A stretch of 63,300 nt of DNA, the filler included, from Ministeria vibrans ATCC 50519 (Eukaryota > Protista > Filasterea), in NCBI GenBank assembly GCA_943704425.1. It is 9 parts of 9 records of this genome, joined end to end, with 100 filler letters (N's around TTAATTAATTAA, not from the genome) between each part and the next. Parts side by side here need not be neighbours in the genome. Positions count along the whole stretch, not along the records: positions 45,527 to 47,767 come from CALSCP010002621.1; positions 47,868 to 58,217 come from CALSCP010001887.1; positions 58,318 to 60,003 come from CALSCP010000931.1; 6 more parts are not named here. One strand, written 5' to 3'. The notes beneath the pieces were generated by a model, which did not search any database, was not told the origin of the DNA, and saw only the letters and a list, made by a program, of their open reading frames with translations. The position numbers and the translations under genes are program-made. This document shows, piece by piece, positions 45,533-58,389 of this stretch. The first letter of the stretch is position 1; every line of letters starts with the position of its first letter.

Positions 45533-47767
45533 GTGAATGTTGATGTGTCTTCAGACTTTCACATTTGTGGTGCAGTGCGACACTTTGTCCAGTCTGACTT
45601 GTACATTGCTGATGTTGAATGGTATGGAATGAGTCAAGATGACTGGAATCAAGCGTGCGAGATGGTGAAGAAGGTGGACACTGTGTTAAGTCCGAGTATT
45701 CTGGGGCTGCTACTCCATGTACCGACTTTGTGTCTCTGGATCAAGGCGGACGGTGGTGTGCATGTGCGCGATGCACAGCTTCAACACACCGTGTTAATGT
45801 GGGCGTCTTCTTTTGGCTCGATAGACTGTTTGCGGATTCTGTTCTCACAGGCTGCAGGTGCCAATGTGCTACAGCATGATGAAGTACGTGGGATCACTGC
45901 GTTGATGTGTGCAGCAGCCGGCGGTCATATTGATTGTGTGAAGTACCTGTTTACACAGCCAGGTGGCAATAAACCACGACAGGCCAATGATGGGCGGACT
46001 GCGTTGATGTATGCAGCAGCCAACGGGCATCTTGGCTGTGTGGAGTACCTGTTTACACAGCCAGGTGGCAATGAACCACGACAGGCCAATAATGGGCGGA
46101 CTGCGTTGATGTATGCAGCAGCCAACGGGCATCTTGGCTGTGTGGAGTACCTGTTTACACAGCCAGGTGGCAATGAACCACGACAGGACAAGGATGGGTG
46201 GACTGCGTTGATGCACGCAGCAGCCAACGGGCATCGTGATTGTGTGGAGTACCTGTTCGCACGTGAAGGTGGCAATGAACCACGACAGGATGAAGTGCGT
46301 GGGATGACTGCGTTGATGTATGCAGCAGCAAACGGTCATCTTGACTGTGTGAAGTACCTGTTTACACAGCCAGGTGGCAATGAGCCACGACAGGACAAGG
46401 ATGGTTTGACTGCGTTGATGTATGCAGCAGCAAAAGGGCATCGTGATTGTGTGGAGTACCTGTTCGCACGTGAAGGTGGCAATGAACCACGACAGGCCAA
46501 TGATGGGCGGACTGCGTTGATGTATGCAGCAGCAAAAGGTCATCTTGACTGTGTGGAGTACCTGTTTACACAGCCAGGTGGCAATGAACCACGACAGGAC
46601 AAGGATGGGCGGACTGCGTTGATGTTTGGAGCAGCAACAGGTCATCTTGACTGTGTGGAGTATCTGTTTACACAGCCAGGTGGCAATGAACCACGACAGG
46701 ACAAGGATGGGTGGACTGCGTTGCTGTATGCAGCAGCCAACGGGCATCGTGATTGTGTGGAGTACCTGTTCGCACGTGAAGGTGGCAATGAACCACGACA
46801 GGACAAGGATGGGATGACTGCGTTGATGTATGCAGCAGCAAAAGGTCATCTTGACTGTGTGGAGTATCTGTTTACACAGCCAGGTGGCAATGAACCACGA
46901 CAGGCCAAGGATGGGCGGACTGCGTTGATGTTTGGAGCAGCAAACGGGCATCGTGATTGTGTGGAGTACCTGTTCGCACGTGAAGGTGGCAATGAACCAC
47001 GACAGGATGAAGTGCGTGGGATGACTGCGTTGATGCATGCAGCAGCCAACGGGCATCGTGATTGTGTGGAGTACCTGTTCGCACGTGAAGGTGGCAATGA
47101 ACCACGACAGGACAAGGCTGGGATGACTGCATTGATGTATGCAGCAGCAAACGGTCATCTTGACTGTGTGAAGTACCTGTTTACACAGCCAGGTGGCAAT
47201 GAGCCACGACAGGACAAGGATGGGATGACTGCGTTGATGTATGCAGCAGCAAAAGGGCATCGTGATTGTGTGGAGTACCTGTTCGCACGTGAAGGTGGCA
47301 ATGAACCACGACAGGATGAAGTGCGTGGGATGACTGCGTTGATGTATGCAGCAGCAAAAGGTCATCTTGACTGTGTGGAGTACCTGTTTACACAGCCAGG
47401 TGGCAATGAACCACGACAGGACAAGGATGGGTGGACTGCGTTGCTGTATGCAGCAGCCAACGGGCATCGTGATTGTGTGGAGTACCTGTTCGCACGTGAA
47501 GGTGGCAATGAACCACGACAGGATNNNNNNNNNNNNNNNNNNNNNNNNNNNNNNNNNNNNNNNNNNNNNNNNNNNNNNNNNNNNNNNNNNNNNNNNNNNN
47601 NNNNNNNNNNNNNNNNNNNNNNCGACAGGACAAGGATGGGTGGACTGCGTTGCTGTATGCAGCAGCCAACGGGCATCGTGATTGTGTGGAGTACCTGTTC
47701 GCACGTGAAGGTGGCAATGAACCACGACAGGATGAAGTGCGTGGGATGACTGCGTTGATGTATGCAG
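45533..47767 (+). CDS. Ankyrin-repeat protein with near-identical 35/36-aa repeats (both ends in gaps)
   Basis: At least 16 copies of GxTALMxAAAxGHxDCVEYLF; 105/108-bp DNA period. Confidence 0.92.
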
Positions 47768-47899
47768 NNNNNNNNNNNNNNNNNNNNNNNNNNNNNNNNN
47801 NNNNNNNNNNNTTAATTAATTAANNNNNNNNNNNNNNNNNNNNNNNNNNNNNNNNNNNNNNNNNNNNAGAGAGAAACAAAGTGAGAGAGAGAGAAACAA

Positions 47900-47939
<40 letters not shown>

Positions 47940-48029
47940 AAAAGAGCAGATAGAAACATAAAGAGAAATAAACAAAGCAAGAGAGTGAGAGAGAATGAAC
48001 AGATAGGAGGGCGCGGGAATAATATGCAC

Positions 48030-48436
48030 TTAATACCAGACACCGAGAGAGGTATTGGACGGGTAGGAGGGACAGTAGCCGCAAGAGGAGTGGGTGGTGC
48101 AGGCGTTGCAGTCGGTGAAGGAGGCGCACACTGAGCCGATGGCGGGACTGGGTGCAAGCGAAGGGCTGTGGAGTTGGCCAAGGAAGAAGGCAACGCCCAG
48201 CAGAACAAGGCTGAAAGTGATGCCGACAAGACTTGTGAGAGCCAGACGACGCCGGCCGGCACGCTCGATGAAGTAGACACCAAAGAAGGTAAATACAAAG
48301 TTGATGCCGGCGACTCCGGCGGCAAGCCATATGGCCGAATTTGCACTCGCAATGCCAGCCATACCATGCAAGATAGTTGCTGAGTAGTACATGACGGTGT
48401 TGATGCTAAACAAAACAATACATGGTTCGGTGTGTC

Positions 48437-48510
<74 letters not shown>

Positions 48511-49502
48511 GTGTGTGTGTGTATGTATCTGTGCATATGTGTTGGATTCCTATTACCCGGCAAGTTGTTGCAGCGCCTGGAGACCACAGCCAAGGAAGAT
48601 GGCGCGGCGAACAGAGGGCACCGCAAGTGCCTTGAAAAGCATTCCACCCCCGTTAGAGGCAGACGTGGATTCGCGCACGGACTCGACAATGTCGTGGAGC
48701 TCGGCATCAACGTCGTCTGTGCCACGCATGCGCACAAGCACACGACGCGCCTCGTCTGCACGACCCTTGTTGACGAGCCAGCGCGGAGATTCGGGCAAGA
48801 AGAGGAAGCCCACAAACTGAATAGCACCCGGGATGGCGGCAAGCCCGAGCATGTAGCGCCAGCCTTCGTCCACATTGGCAAAAGCCCCGTCGATTAGAGC
48901 AGCAACAAATTGACCGCCCGTCACAAACATATTGACGGTGGTCACAAGCGTACCGCGCAAATGCGTTGGAGCCATTTCGGCAACAAACAGAGGCACAACC
49001 ATGGAGGCGACGCCGACACCAAAGCCCACGACGACGCGCCCAAGCACGAGCATCCACACCTGTGTGGCGGCCGCCTGCACAAGCGAACCCACCACAAAGA
49101 CGACCGCGCCCAGCATGATGACGGGCCGACGACCAAACCGACTGTTCATTGGCCCACACAAGGCCGTGCCCACAGCCGCACTGCCAATTGCCCCCGACAC
49201 AACCACTTCCTTCAAAACAAACCAGAACGAACGAATGACAAAGCGAAGAGCGTTTGTGTTCTCACCTGCATTACAGAGGAGAGGCGGAAATGAGGCGCTA
49301 TGAGAAGCATGGCACCGCTAATGACACCCGTGTCGTAGCCAAAGAGCAGCCCCCCGAGGGCACTGAACGCGGTAAGGAGGTAAACGATGGAGGGAACCGT
49401 CGACGCCGACTTGCAACCGTCGCCGGCCGTATCGCGTGGCAGGAGTCGCGCCGAGTCATCTGCGCCACCAAAGTCGGCTGCATCCGCATCAAGGGAGTGC
49501 AT
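48030..49502 (-). CDS. MFS sugar porter, H+/myo-inositol transporter-like (3'-partial)
   Basis: [46 protein letters not shown]; Cys-rich loop C..C....CGYC typical of HMIT/INT. Confidence 0.92.
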
Positions 49503-49902
49503 GTGCCCGATTGGTTCTAGTTCGAAGTCGGTTCCGTCGGAAATTGTGAGGAAGGGAAAGCGAAAAACTATTATAATATTTTGATCATAATTAATTATTA
49601 TTCATTATTTTTAAGAAATTGAGCAAACGCCTACACTTTATCCAACCATTGACTAGTAACTACAAAGGTCAAAGTAGTAACTCACTAGTAAGTACGAAGT
49701 ACTGTTATTGATTACTGAGTGACTAATCAGTTATCACTCTCAAAATTTAAGAAAAAATAATTAATAGAAGAAGAATACCCGGTTTATAGAGAATACTCAA
49801 TGTCAAAACAAAAAAATCATAACTATTGGAGACTTGAGAGCCTCGCTTGGCAATTTACTGGTAATATAAAATTGAGCCAATGTCGCGTACAATCAACTCC
49901 AA

Positions 49903-51658
49903 CTACAAGGGTGGACAGGGAGTTGGCGTAACGCGACTGGCAGATCCAGATCCAACATAAAGACAGTCAAAGCCCTTTGCACCAGTGTCAGGCGTGAGCG
50001 AGACATCGGCAAAGTTAATAAACTCCAGAGGAGAGTCTGGAAGGCCAACAAGATTGCAACAGGTGTCGGTGACAGAGTGGGCAGTAATATTGGCAAAGAA
50101 AATGTCGTGGACGCGGGGCACGGCGTGCGGATCGTAGTGGCCCGAGGGATTTGTACCGCCGTAGTCGTCGTTGACTTGGATGGCCATCTTGCTCTTGGCA
50201 ATAGTCACATCCACAAAGTGCACGTCAGTCACGTACCCACCTCGACCGCGCGCCGCCTTGATGCGCAACCCCTGCGACGCGTCCACAACAAAAACATTGC
50301 TCACATCAATGCGGGTGACGCCGCCGCTCATCTCGCTGCCAATGCAGATCCCAGCACAGCAGGGCGCAGTCACGACCAGATTGCGAATGGTCACGTCCGA
50401 AGTGCTCTCGTTGAATGTGTATCCGGGGCTGTCCCACCCACTCTTGATTGCCACTCCATCGTCGCCCGTCTCAAAGTAGCTGTTCTCCAAGAGCACATGC
50501 GAACATGAGTCTAAGGCAATGTAAACATAAGATTATTTAGCAAGTATAATAACAATAATAATATTATTAATTTTTTATTATTGTTATTAATTAATTTAAT
50601 ATTATTAATTTATTTTAATATTATTTTTAGAGAAGAGAGAGTTGCAATTGGTTACTGCTGTTATTACTGTTATAATAATAATAATGATATTATTATTATT
50701 ATTATTATTGTTATTGTTATTATTATTGATATTCTTGTTGTGTCTCTCATCCAATATATTTATTTTCTTATTATTGGGCTGACCAGGATCAAATCCATCT
50801 GTATTGGGAGCCACGTGCGAGTCGAGGGGATTCAGAATGGTGATCTCGTGCGCCCAAATGTTGCTGCTGGCGTAGGGGTGAAGTGTCCAAAAGGGCGAGT
50901 TGACGAACGTTACATTGCTCATTTCAATTCCATCTGTAAACATAAACTGACAAATACCATCATAAAAACCAAACAAACCGACTCCTTAGGCTGCGTCGGG
51001 TTGCTCCATATGCGTACCTCGACCAGTCGTCCGCGCGTGTACGTCTTCTCAATGTTCCACCAGGCGGCACCTTGGCCGTCGACAGTGCCATTGTTGCCCT
51101 TGATCGCAACGTCAACAAGATGCTCTCCGTGAAGCAGCGACGTAAATCGTGGCCCGGGATGATCGCGTCCTTGTCCATACCTGAGAAGGGCGGGAGAGGG
51201 CAAGGTGAGCGCAAGAGAGACAAATGAACAGAGACTGTTTGGATGTGCACGCCTCGTACGACGGCAGCGGAGGAATGACTGGCCACTGCGAACGAACGGT
51301 CGAGCCGAGGATGACGCTGTTGGCCTCGAGGAACAGCGTCATATGCGACGTGAAGTTGAAAGGGGCTGTGAGGAATCGGCCGGCGGGAACATAAACCTGC
51401 GCCAATGAAGAAGATCAGCGAGCTATGGCGCGCTCTCGTTTGTCCACGCTCAACCTCTCCTTCACCGGCATCCCGAACAGCCTGCACGGCCTTTTCAAAC
51501 GCCGTCGTGCAGTCGGTTGTCCCGTCACCGTTTGCGCCGAAGTCAACAATGTTAAATCGATGCTGCCGTGCAGCCGCGCGAAAGGGAACGTCGCTACTGC
51601 ATACAGATGATAACACCGATACGAACACTGCACAGAGCAGTACAATTTGGTGCATCAT
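49903..51658 (-). CDS. Secreted GH28 polygalacturonase
   Basis: Signal peptide; FNIVDFGA.GDG, SPFWTLHP, PNTDGFDP, TGDDGVAIKSG, IGSEMSGG, GLRIK. Confidence 0.93.
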
Positions 51659-51809
51659 GTTAAAAAAATAGAAATTTCTATTTTCGTAGAAGGGATACGT
51701 TGCAAGAGTCCAAGAAGACAGTCATTATAAAAAATAATAATAAAAAATAATAATAATAATAATTATTCATTATTTTCACTTCCCGCTGGTCTGCTTTCCG
51801 GACCCTCTC

Positions 51810-54800
51810 ATGGACCCATCCTCGAATTTGTCTTCTCAGCTCGACACCTCGCCTCATTGGCGGTGGTACAAGCTGGGTTGCGCGAGAATGCAAACGATGG
51901 ACAAAATTCGTCCCTTTGTGCAACAACGAGCCGACAACATGCTCGCCGCGCACCCCGAACTGCGTGACGGTCGCTGGCGGACGTTTCTTCCAACGCTTCA
52001 CTCGGAGGAAGTGCCGAAATTAAAGTGGAGTAACGGTCCTCGCAAGAACGAACGGACCCCCAAAGAACGCGCCTGGGCTCTTTCGCGCGTCTTTGTCAAC
52101 ACACCAGTGCAAAAACTATTGTGTGACGCCGACACGACCGCCATCTGCAACTTCCTCGCCTTTTACAAGCCGGTGGTTCAAACGAACGAGGACAAAACAA
52201 TTTCTCGCTGGGCGACAGAGGTCCGCATATCGCGCAACCTTTGCGAGCACGCTGTCGACATGCGGTTGAGCAAGGACGACTACACCAATGGGGAGACCGC
52301 CCTTCGCGAGCTCATGATCTGTTGCGGGGTCTCTCTCGACAACGCCGACCAGGCGTTTCGCATGCCTGACACTCAGAACAACGTGCGACGCATGTTCGAC
52401 AATGAGTACGCCGGCATGGAGCGGCTATCGCTGGACGCACTCATAGCTTGGACTAAATCTATCCTATCACTGGATCCGGGACCGCCCGTCGACTTTTGCT
52501 CTGAGGTCTTGGCGATATATCGCCAACTCCTCACTCGCAAACTCCGCGACGGTGCTTGCCTGGACCTGCGCTACGAGCTCGAATCCGCGCTGCCACTGTT
52601 GGATGCGGATGTCGCGTCCCCAGACATGTGGGAACGCGACTTTGTGGGTCACGTCCGCAAGCATCGCATTCAGTGGCTTGTTGGTGACCACGGCACTGGC
52701 AAGTCAACCGTCATGCGGAACCTCTTCGACTATATCAACGACGAACGGCCCGGCGAGTGCTCAGAGCGCGATATGCTTGCCATTCGCCACCACTTTCGCT
52801 TCAGCGAAGAGCAGTACGCCAATCCTCGTCAAGCGATCCGCTCGCTCTGTGACCAATTGTGCAATGCATTCGAGTCGTTTGGCGCCGCGTTGTCGCACGC
52901 CGAGCAAGATTGCTCTTTTGCGACAGAACCCGACATCGACATTGGGAAACTCTTCCAGCGCATCATCTACAGACCAATGGAGGATATGCGACAGCGCCAC
53001 GAACGCGACAACAATGTACCCGCAGTGCCACACCTGGTCGTCCTCCTCGATGCCCTCGACGAGTGCAGCAGCCCACAGCTCCGCGACGGCTTGCTTGCCG
53101 GTACGAGTGCCTTCACCGAGTCCGAGCACATCTCCTTTGTCGTCTCCGACTGCGCCGGTGCCGCGCTGTCCCCATCCAAGTCTGCAGCGCACGCCGCCCA
53201 CCGCGTCATCTGGCTCCAGCCGACCGAAATCGGCAACGGTGACACTGCGCAAAACACGCTCGACTGGCCCTTGCGCGCCGACGCCATCAATCGTCGCATG
53301 AGAACGTTCTACAATGACAGGCCACCGAGCGAGTCGCAGCTTGAACGAGTGCGCAACCAACTCCTTGCCTCCTCCTTTGTCACGCCATTCACCATCTCGC
53401 TAATGTGTCCGCCCACCGACACCAATGACCTTGATGCGTACGTCGACGCTCTCGTGCGTTTGCAGCACACACCAGAAGCCCTCAGCCAACACATCTTCAA
53501 GTACGTGCTCCGCGCCTTCAAAGCACTCAGTGAGCGACTTGCTCCAACTCTCGCCAGCGTCATCCAAATCATCGCCGCCCTTCACGCTCGCACGCTTCCT
53601 CTTCACCATCTCAAGGATCTTCTTGACAAACGGGAAGTGACCATGGCGCAAATGCGTGCCGAGAGCCTTCCAGAGCATTTCTACCACATAATCAGGGATC
53701 AGCTCCCAGTGCCTGTCGACTTGGATTGCGCTCTTGCATCGGTCGAGGATCTCTTTGTGTGCGTGCGCGAGGGCCAGCACCAATTCTTCCATGTGCGCCA
53801 ACGTGCCGTGCTGCGATGGATCGTCGACAAAGCCTATGCTTACGCTGCCAGCGACGACTTTTCGACCGGCGAGAATAAGCAATGCCCTTCCGTCTGCAAG
53901 CTCCACGACTGTCTTGCCAACCTCGCGCTTGAGAAGCGCTCAGAGCATCGTATTGCGCTTATCAACAGCGCCATGGTGTGGGACCAGCATCGCGCGGTTG
54001 ACTCGATGTCGCCACAGGACAAGGGGACGCGCGCGAATTCCATTCTGCGCACCCTTGTGGACTATGTGTTACCAGACGCGCGCGAGCTGGTGCCGTCCCT
54101 TGAGCAGCACGAGCTTGTCCGCAAGGTTATGATGCGCGAGATGGAGCGCGTGATGAAGAAGCCCGACGTCAAGCTGCGCCTGTTCCTGGAGCCGTTTCTT
54201 GCCGGAGGCGTATGGCTGTGCCACCAGGGCCCCAAGTTTGTAAAAATTTAATGTCGATCTCTTGTGCATCTGTTTCACAGTTTGTTTTCACAACCACACG
54301 CATAGGACGACACGATGTTGTATTTGGAAGAGTGCATGTTCCCGCGACTCAGCCGAGCGCTCAACCCGAAGGGGGCCTCCAATGAAGGCGACGACGAGAA
54401 CGACTTTGTTGTTGCTGCCCTGGTGCGTGCCGCGGCTAAGATGGGCCATCGTGATCTCGCCAAGAGCATCCACGTGCGACATTTTTCACAGTACGACGCG
54501 CGCGTGTGCACTCTCACAGTGCGCATCTACCTCGCCAATTTTATACGCGACTGCAGTAAGCGCATGGCAAGTGCCCTTAGCGACTACCGTCAGCTGAGTC
54601 TGCACCATGCGAAGAAGCACCTGCGTCCCACTTCCCACACACTTGGGACGCTGCTGCACGTATACCGATCGGAGGCGGGCGCCGCTGACACCGTGGGTTT
54701 CTTTGAGGAGTACTTTCGCGCGTACGAGGAGCAACTACAACAGGCGAATGCGCTGGAGTGCCCGAACGACTTTGCCGTTGGCTTTTACATCCGTGCGCTG

Positions 54801-55430
54801 TGCTTTCTCAAACTGTGGCAGACGGCCGTGGCATTTCTGGAGCGCAATTGTCACCAAGAGTGGAAGTTGCTGCGCTCTTTCAACCACGTCGTGCGCAGTC
54901 TGTTGGAGTCGGAGAGCACTCCGCTTGCATGCAAAAAAATGCAATTGCCCAACGCGCGGGTGTCGCCTCTGGAGAATGCCATTGTGCTGGTGGTCTCTTA
55001 CGGCGACTTTGAGTTGGGACTCAAGGACTTTGCGGAAGAGTACGAGCTGTACTTTTGCAAGGTGCTTCTACCACAGATACTCTCGCGTGCTCAGACAGAC
55101 ACGCTTCATGATCCGCAACTGAAGTGCCGACTCGCCGAGTTTACCATGAGCCTGGCCGCGTCGGACTCTCTGCGAAGCGCCGACACTGCCCTGCGCAATC
55201 GACTCGCCCTGCAAGCGAGTGGGCTCCAGACAGCTGCAGTGTGGGCACAGGATTCGAAATTTCAGTGGCCCCGCGTCACCCCGCAGCAGCCGAAACGCCC
55301 GCAAAGCAACGCAAGTGCCACCACATCAGCTGCAGTCGTGCCCGCTTTTGCGCGTGCCATTTCCGCCTCAAGAAGTGTTCGATCGTCCCGGGCACGTCGT
55401 GGACAGACAGAAGATCACAAAACAGAGTAA
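51810..55430 (+). CDS. NACHT/STAND NTPase, NLR-like protein (exons 51810-54239 and 54306-55430)
   Basis: Walker A WLVGDHGTGKS (52683-52706), HHF..IRSLCDQL, Walker B LVVLLDALDEC, FH..V..W winged-helix-like motif; the 66-bp GT-AG intron keeps the frame. Confidence 0.82.
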
Positions 55431-55908
55431 CACTCGCGTGTGGTCGTAGGTGTCCTGTAAAAATGATAAGCACGCGTGAGATTTGTTCTGCTCGACAAGT
55501 ATATGGCTATCTCCTTTTCCTCGTTGTTATTCTTACCCTCAGCTTCGCTTGCGTCGTTCTCTCCCCTGTTTGTACCGGTGGCATTCTATGCGACGAGAGT
55601 GGCTTCGTCGTCGTCAACAGGAATGTTCAAGCTCTCTCACTGTGGAAAGTCCAATGAAGATCCTCCTCGCTAGTCATTGACAACGTCGATAACAAGAATT
55701 TCAACACATGACAGGGATTGACAGGAGAGTCCAGATTCACCCGGATTCGTTAGATTCGCCCAGATTCGCATCGCCTCGAGACCTCTCCACTGCAGTAGCT
55801 TCAATGCGCAAGACAATCTAGCCATCCGTTTTACTTTTACTCGTAAGTAACGCTCATGGCATGGAGTGAGAGGGAGTGACAAGTCCAACAATAAAATGAT
55901 ACCAGTCG

Positions 55909-55986
55909 ATGTATCAACAGCATCATCAACAGCAACAACAACAACAGCAACAGCATCATCACCACCACTATCAACAACAACCACAA

Positions 55987-56018
<32 letters not shown>

Positions 56019-56498
56019 ACAGCAACGCCACCCGCAGCCCTCCACACCCACCACCCCTTTCACGATGACTGCTCTTCCGCCCCCACCTCCCTTTCCCGCA
56101 CCCGATCTCTCTCTCATCCCTCATCTCACCGTCCCCACCGAAGGCGATCGGTTCACCCAGCAGATGCTCAGTCATGAACACGAGTCGCGTCTCCAGCGCG
56201 CCAAAGNNNNNTTCCCGCACCCGATCTCTCTCTCATCCCTCATCTCACCGTCCCCACCGAAGGCGATCGGTTCACCCAGCAGATGCTCAGTCATGAACAC
56301 GAGTCGCGTCTCCAGCGCGCCAAAGACTCCTCTTTGCCCGACCTCATTTGCTCGTATGCCCATTGCGATTCCTTACGAGTTCGCGCCCAACTTGCCCTTG
56401 TCGGCGTCCAGCGCTCCTATGACGCCATTGCCCATCTCGAAGAACGCGGTGTGCTCACTTCCAACAATTCCAAGGGCTCTGTAACTTCAACTTCATAA
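55909..56498 (+). CDS. Gln/Pro-rich hypothetical protein (contains an assembly duplication)
   Basis: ATG plus poly-Q; the frame is restored if the duplicated segment around the NNNN at 56207 is collapsed. Confidence 0.45.
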
Positions 56499-57267
56499 TA
56501 ATAACAATGATAATAATAAGCAAACATCTTTGTGGAATCAGTCTAATAAGTGTACGGCGTTATTGGTGCAAATATTGCATAATTATTACCCCTGCGTTGT
56601 AAACCAGTTCCTCCTTTCACCTTTGAGTGTCAATCAAGGGGTGTAAATTATCCCAGGCACACTACTCAAGCGCGTACAAAGACACTTTTTACTGCCTAGT
56701 ACATTATTAATTATTACTCCTTACAACATGTGATGAGTCCTTTTCATTCTTTCGACCCCCGAGAGCGGGGTTTGGAGGTTTGAAGTGGAGGGGCTCCCGC
56801 CGGCGTGCGGTAGTGCAGGGAGAGCGAGGCGGGGGGACCGACCCTCCTCTTTCGGGAAGAAAAACGAAGTCGAGAACGTCAGGGCGGCGAGTCCCTGCCG
56901 AAAGGGGGTTGAGGTTAGGGTTAGGGTTCGGGTTCGATGGCCGGGGCCGTCGAGTGGAGCGCGCGGATGCCGGAGCGGCCAATCAGGTGCCTGTTGATAG
57001 AGCTGGTGCTACTGCCGGTCTAGATTTGCAGGATCATAATGCAAAACGACTGTTGAAGGACGTGCAACGTGATCGAATGTGGCGTGCGATGTCGGGCCAT
57101 GTACACCAGGGCAAGGTCGTTCGGGAGTCTGGTCATGAGTGAGTCAGGAGTGTGACAAGTAAGGTGGAGTGGAACGTCCGTCGTTTTCTTGGGTGAACTT
57201 TGAGTTTGGATGGTGCGGTTCCATCATTTGAGCTTTGACATGAGTCTTTGTGGCTTTGAGTGCCTGC

Positions 57268-57890
57268 TGAGCACGTTGTGTTTGTTTGTTTACCCTTGTG
57301 TTTGTTAGTGTGGCGCGCTTTATTACTTTTGTGTGTGACTGTGTTGTTTTCTTAGTGTTCGTGATTGTTTGTTTTTGATATTATGTGTGTTGTTTTGGCA
57401 TTTGTTCTTTGGTGTTGGTTGTAGTATCCTCTTGTGTGTTATTTTGTGTTTGATGTGTGTGTTGAGGATCGCGATGTATTTCGAGTGGGCCCCATAAGCT
57501 GCTTGAGTATGTGTTAAACGTCTGAATACAATCGTAAAGTTCATGTCTCGGTTAGGGTTAGATTTAGGGTTAGGGTTAGATTTAGGGTTTGAGCACGTTG
57601 TGTTTGTTTGTTTGCTCTTGTGTTTGTTAGTGTGGCGCGTTTTATTACTTTTGTGTGTGACTGTGTTGTTTTGTTAATGTTTGTGATTGTTTGTTTTTGA
57701 TATTATGTGTGTTGTTTTGGTATTTGTTCTTTGGTGTTGCTTGTAGTATCCTCTTGTGTGTTTTTGTGTTTGATGTGTGTGTTGAGGATCGCGATGTATT
57801 CCGAGTGGGCCCCATAAGCTGCTTGAGTATGTGTTAAACGTCTGAATACAATCGTAAAGTTCATGTCTCGGTTAGGGTTAGGGTTAGGGT
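57268..57890 (+). repeat. Two ~322-bp G/T-rich tandem units, each ending in TTAGGG/TTAGAT repeats
   Basis: Units start TGAGCACGTTGTG at 57268 and 57590 with scattered substitutions; telomeric repeats at 57551-57589 and 57871-57890. Confidence 0.92.
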
Positions 57891-58342
57891 CAGTTTTATT
57901 CATTTCTTCCTTCCCCAGCAAACTCCTGTGCGTACTGCCGGGCGTTCGTTGATCAATCTGATCGACTTTTTCAAATTTGAAAAAGCAAAAAGAGGAAAAA
58001 CATTTCGCGACTAAAGTCTCTCTTCTTCCCGGCCCCGGCGGGCTGGATGCCTCCCGGGAAGGCAGCTCTAACTGCGCTGGTGAAGGAGGGCCTCGGCTCT
58101 GCGGCGGGTGACGTGATATCTGTGGGAACGAGGGTCGACGTGCAGCGGTCACCCGAGAGCCCCATTGCGCCGGTTCCGGTCCGCGTGCTGGCCGACGCGC
58201 GCCCCGGAGTGGTAGTCNNNNNNNNNNNNNNNNNNNNNNNNNNNNNNNNNNNNNNNNNNNNTTAATTAATTAANNNNNNNNNNNNNNNNNNNNNNNNNNN
58301 NNNNNNNNNNNNNNNNNCACACAGACACACACACGCACACAC

Positions 58343-58389
<47 letters not shown>

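Noticed and set aside
45869-47725. Long antisense ORFs here and opposite the EGF array
   Set aside because: Shadow frames of repetitive coding sequence with no independent motifs.
36432-47767. A split Notch gene (EGF array plus nearby ankyrin array)
   Set aside because: The EGF gene ends with its own stop and has no LNR/NOD region; COX20 and a gap intervene; the ankyrin repeats are unlike Notch ANK.
56092-56325. About 115-bp tandem duplication with a frameshift
   Set aside because: Exact copies either side of NNNN indicate an unmerged contig overlap.
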